Source: Raillietiella orientalis
Taxonomy: Eukaryota
Direction of reading: 5' to 3'
Length of the DNA stretch: 64,000 nt
Assembly (NCBI GenBank): GCA_036172245.1
Contig: JAYWIR010000133.1
Location: forward strand, 1-64,000
A program made the position numbers and the translations under genes. This document shows, in pieces, positions 60,396 through 64,000 of this stretch (the first letter of the stretch is position 1; every line of letters begins with the position of its first letter). The notes beneath the pieces are model-generated. The model had not been told where the DNA came from. It did no database searches and was given only the letters and a program-made list of their open reading frames with translations.

Positions 60396-63300
60396 TTAGC
60401 AATCCGGGTCGGACAGGTTGCAGGACGCCTAAGGCAGAGAAACAATTGTCGAAAAGTACCGAAAGTATTTTCCTATTTAGTTTTCATCAATTTTGAAAGG
60501 GAGAAAGGCCTCCTTCGAACGTGGTATCGTTTCCTTGCCTATTCTTCCATTTTCCCGTTTCTGAGAGCAGTCAGAGTTCAAAGTGACCTCTGTAGACTTT
60601 CATGATGAAGGACGTGTCGCTCGAGCCACAATTGTGGTGTGAAACAGATTCAGCTTGTATGAGAGGCTCACGTTGACGTCATCACGGAGCATAAGTTGGG
60701 AATGACTCCTTGCTGCTTGTTGCTTTCGGTTTTTGGAAAACAGGCGGCGATGCGTGCCGTTCAGGTGGGTGATGGACGTTCTCAAAGTATGGTGATGTTG
60801 ATAATGTATTGATGCTGTCACAGCACGTTTTTAACTGTCTTGCGTGGTCTCGAAGTTTGCTGAAGCATCTCGAATCGAGCGGTTCTCCGCAAGCTATGGT
60901 GGTACCCATCCATGCTTGTGAATGGAAAAGCTGACCGGCAGTGAGCACTGTGATTGTCATGGTTTTTTGATCAGGGGTCGATTTAAAATAGGCAGCCGAC
61001 AAGAAAAGGTGTTTCGTTCAGATCTCGGATTGCGGATACGGCATTCCTCATTTCGTAGCAGTGTTACCACTTGTGTTCTCCATGCTCGACACATACACTG
61101 CTGGAACCACGACATCCCTTGAACTTGTTTGCACAGCAGTGCTATAGTCAAGAGGGAAGCAAACAGTCATCGGAAACCGCTGTGAAGAATTTGGTTAATC
61201 AGAGAGCAGACAACTCGAGTATATAACTACCTTTATGAACTTAAAATTAGCATCTGCGGTCGTTTGTGTAAACCAGAAAAGAGCTTTCTTTCCGTCGTGA
61301 ATTCAGCCCAGCTATACAAAGATTGCCTTTGGGTATTCTCAAATTTGGTGACCTTGCCTCAACGCAAAGTGAAGAAACTGAGAATCGTATCAGGGATTCT
61401 GGAGAGGCATTCGTTTGCCCTGCGACCATTTAACAAGTGGGAAGCTCCTCAAATAAACTATGACAACTGAAGTGCACGCAAATAATTGTAGATGTCTGCT
61501 GAGCAAATTCGGGAGTTTGATAATTCATTGCATAAGCAGATGCTGTGTTATCCGAAGCCAGGACCAGGAAATGGTAAGAGTGAGCGTATACTGCTGATGC
61601 AAGCGCAAACCTCATTTGGGAAGGAAACACTTCGAGTGCAGAAATTTTGTTGGTTTGGATGCAGACTTTGAGTTTGCTTGTCGCCAAATGACAACCTACA
61701 GTGGAAGTGTCTTGCAAAATAATGTATTGTAATGGAGGCGTTCCTTGTGCAATTTGTGAGTCAGCTGCAAACAATAAGCATATTCATGTGTACGTATCCC
61801 GTTGTACAGGTGCTCTTCTTGCACGTGGAAATTGCGTAAAGGTTACACACCCTGAGGGAAACGAGTGCAGATGTTCGATTTGGGTTGAACACATAAAATT
61901 GAGAATTCTTTCGTTCAACTCTTGCAATATTTTGTTGGTTTCGTAATGTATAGGTGGATGCTTGCTAAATGTATGCATTTATCTAAAAGGCATGATGCTT
62001 TTCTAATTGGTTACTTCCTGTGATCGGATCGCTTTGATCTTACTTTCATGAACCATTGAATTGTGCTCTTCATAGGCCATAAACTTATGTGCATCGCCGC
62101 AGCAAAAAGGTGCGCTTGGAAAAAGGTGTCCAGATTAGAATTTCCACGGGTAAACATGCATATCTTTTTTTTTTTGCAAACACACCTAATCCTAATGTAC
62201 AGGAATAAAAATGACTCTTTATGTGATCTGCAGCCAAAAAGATGGGAGGAATTCAAAGTAGGTATATGGGAAGCCAGAAAAGTGCGAAAGGATGCTTCCA
62301 ATTGCGTCTGACAAGCATCAGCTGAAATGCAGCTGCGAAGTATAGTGGAATGGCATGACAAGTTTGCTCTACTTTTTCCAGATTTGTGTTTAGGATAGAG
62401 AGCTTTTCCTACAATTCGCTCGATGAATGAGGCATGACTAACTGGTAACCTTCTGAAAGGCATTGTGAATGCTCGGAAATTGCTTAGCATTCCCTTCGAT
62501 TACCAATGCTTACTGAACTGGCACTTTCGTTCATGAATTCTGCAGTGAAATCCACGATTGCAGCTAAATAGTGAGCAATCGGTGCAGAAACTGGAAAGGA
62601 TCCTTCATGAGGACGAAATTCTAACGTGTTTTCTGACTGGCTGACTCGGTCGGTGCTTTGCGAGTGAGCAAAAAAGGACACTGCATCAGTGCATTGCTGC
62701 AGACCCAAGGTGAGAGGAGGACTGGATAGGAGAACCTACATGCACTTGTCAAAGTGTGAATGAAGAAATCACGGAAACCAAGCAACCGTCCCTCATTGCA
62801 CATCCGCCTTGGCGGAATCTCAGGGACATTCTCAGAAGGCGGATGTTCATTGCATTCGGTGGGGCGCGTTGACGCTGCAGCCTCCCCGGTTGAGCGCACT
62901 GCTTTGGGCGTGCGGTGCGAATGGACTGCAGCGGAAGTGGACGGATCTTCATTCGGAATGTGCCATGTGGACGCTGCGCTGTCCGCAAGCGGAGCCCTAC
63001 GTTCTGTTCGTTCTGCTCGACGGTTGGCACTGCACGCTTTCCAGGGCATCGTCTGCCAGTTGCAACGTGCGTGATCTTCCATCCACGTGAGCCCCGTGTT
63101 CCGCGTTTGCATTCCATTGGAGCGAATTGCAGTGAGGTTCCTTACTGTCCGTTTTATTTTACTCGATTCCATCGTTTGGATTAGGTTTGCTCTCTGACAG
63201 CAGAGGATGTCTACCCATCCGCGCAAGTCTCGGGCTATCTGAATACAAGGTACTCGAGCAGGGGACACGCTGGGAACTCTGTTTCCTGCTATAGATTTTG

Positions 63301-63527
63301 ATTGTTTTCTCTTCCCAGTCAAATTCTGTGGGATACAGAGTCTGGAAGAGGCCTCCTAGGAATATCTTTCCATTCTCTGCGGTCGCCATCGTGATCAAAG
63401 ACTGGCATACAAACAGCCCATCTATGTCTTTCATGAGCTGGAACCCTCAACTGTTTTCAAAGATCCACCCGATTTACCTCATTGATGTAATCTTCCGGAT
63501 GAAACTCGAACACCTCCCTTGTATGGT

Positions 63528-63972
63528 CACCGTGAGTTTGAGTTGGTGCTGAGGGCGTACTGGCTGACGCTGGCTGTTGTCCAGGAACGCCGTCCGTGGC
63601 GGCCTATGCCGACGACCTGCTTCTCCTTTTACCCATGACCACCCCGGCGTCCAGTCTCGAGGATTTCTTCGAGCTGATTCGCCGGGGAGCGGGCATGAGC
63701 GTAAAGCGGAGTAAGAGCGTGGTCGTTCCTATTGGTGCGGCGTGGGAGGGGCAGTCCGACCGGATCCGCCTGGGGATGCCGACCGCTTCGTCCATCCAAT
63801 ATGTGGGCGTTCCGCTGGGGAACGTCAGCCGAGTGGAGGTGTGGTCGGACTGCCTTCGGAAGGCTACGAGTGCTCTGAGCCCGTTCCTCCACGGCAGCTT
63901 CCTCCTGTCGGAGCGGGCCGCTATATGGAACACCTTCGTTGCCCCCCTCTTGCGCCCCCTCCTTTTGGTTAT
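63528..63972 (+). mobile_element. RT core fragment closely related to fragment B
   Basis: AAYADDLLLLLPMTTPASSLEDFFELIRRGAGMSV...QYVGVPLG...WNTFVAPLLR. Confidence 0.88.
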
Positions 63973-64000
63973 ATAATGGGAATTAAGAGTTTCTTTGCAA

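Overview
Eukaryotic, repeat-dense window with no intact host gene that I can identify. The mitochondrial insertions have an arthropod-type gene and strand layout. (1) 1-16.5 kb is a tightly nested array of at least three related L1/Tx1-type non-LTR retrotransposon families. They have ORF1 with paired CCHC knuckles and ORF2 with APE endonuclease, RT and a C-terminal C-x2-C..H..C motif. I label families by ORF1 start: P (MPDATT), M (MATTPEDT), Z (MNVEAAT). Pieces without a 5' end are labelled A, B, W, V. Further decayed copies lie at 18-21, 37-39, 43, 47, 55-57, 59-60 and 63.5 kb. (2) Two tandem arrays (~423 bp and ~643 bp units). (3) A ~3.4 kb dispersed duplication with an internal micro-inversion. 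(4) A ~9.6 kb NUMT (rrnL, nad1, cob, nad6, nad4L, trnH, nad5, nad3, cox3) split by two retroelements, plus a second cob fragment. Main finding: the retroelements insert into each other at reproducible nucleotide positions in diverged host copies. Three junctions fall at the RT DL(R/H)KAFD motif in antisense, and two fixed sites in P-family ORF1 are each seen at two junctions. This suggests a guild of site-specific retrotransposons that target other retrotransposons. They share a 5' GGACGTGTT motif, a 3' AATAAA-hairpin end with almost no poly(A), and TAATG/TGATG ORF1-ORF2 coupling. All identities and boundaries are by-eye estimates and no database searches were run.
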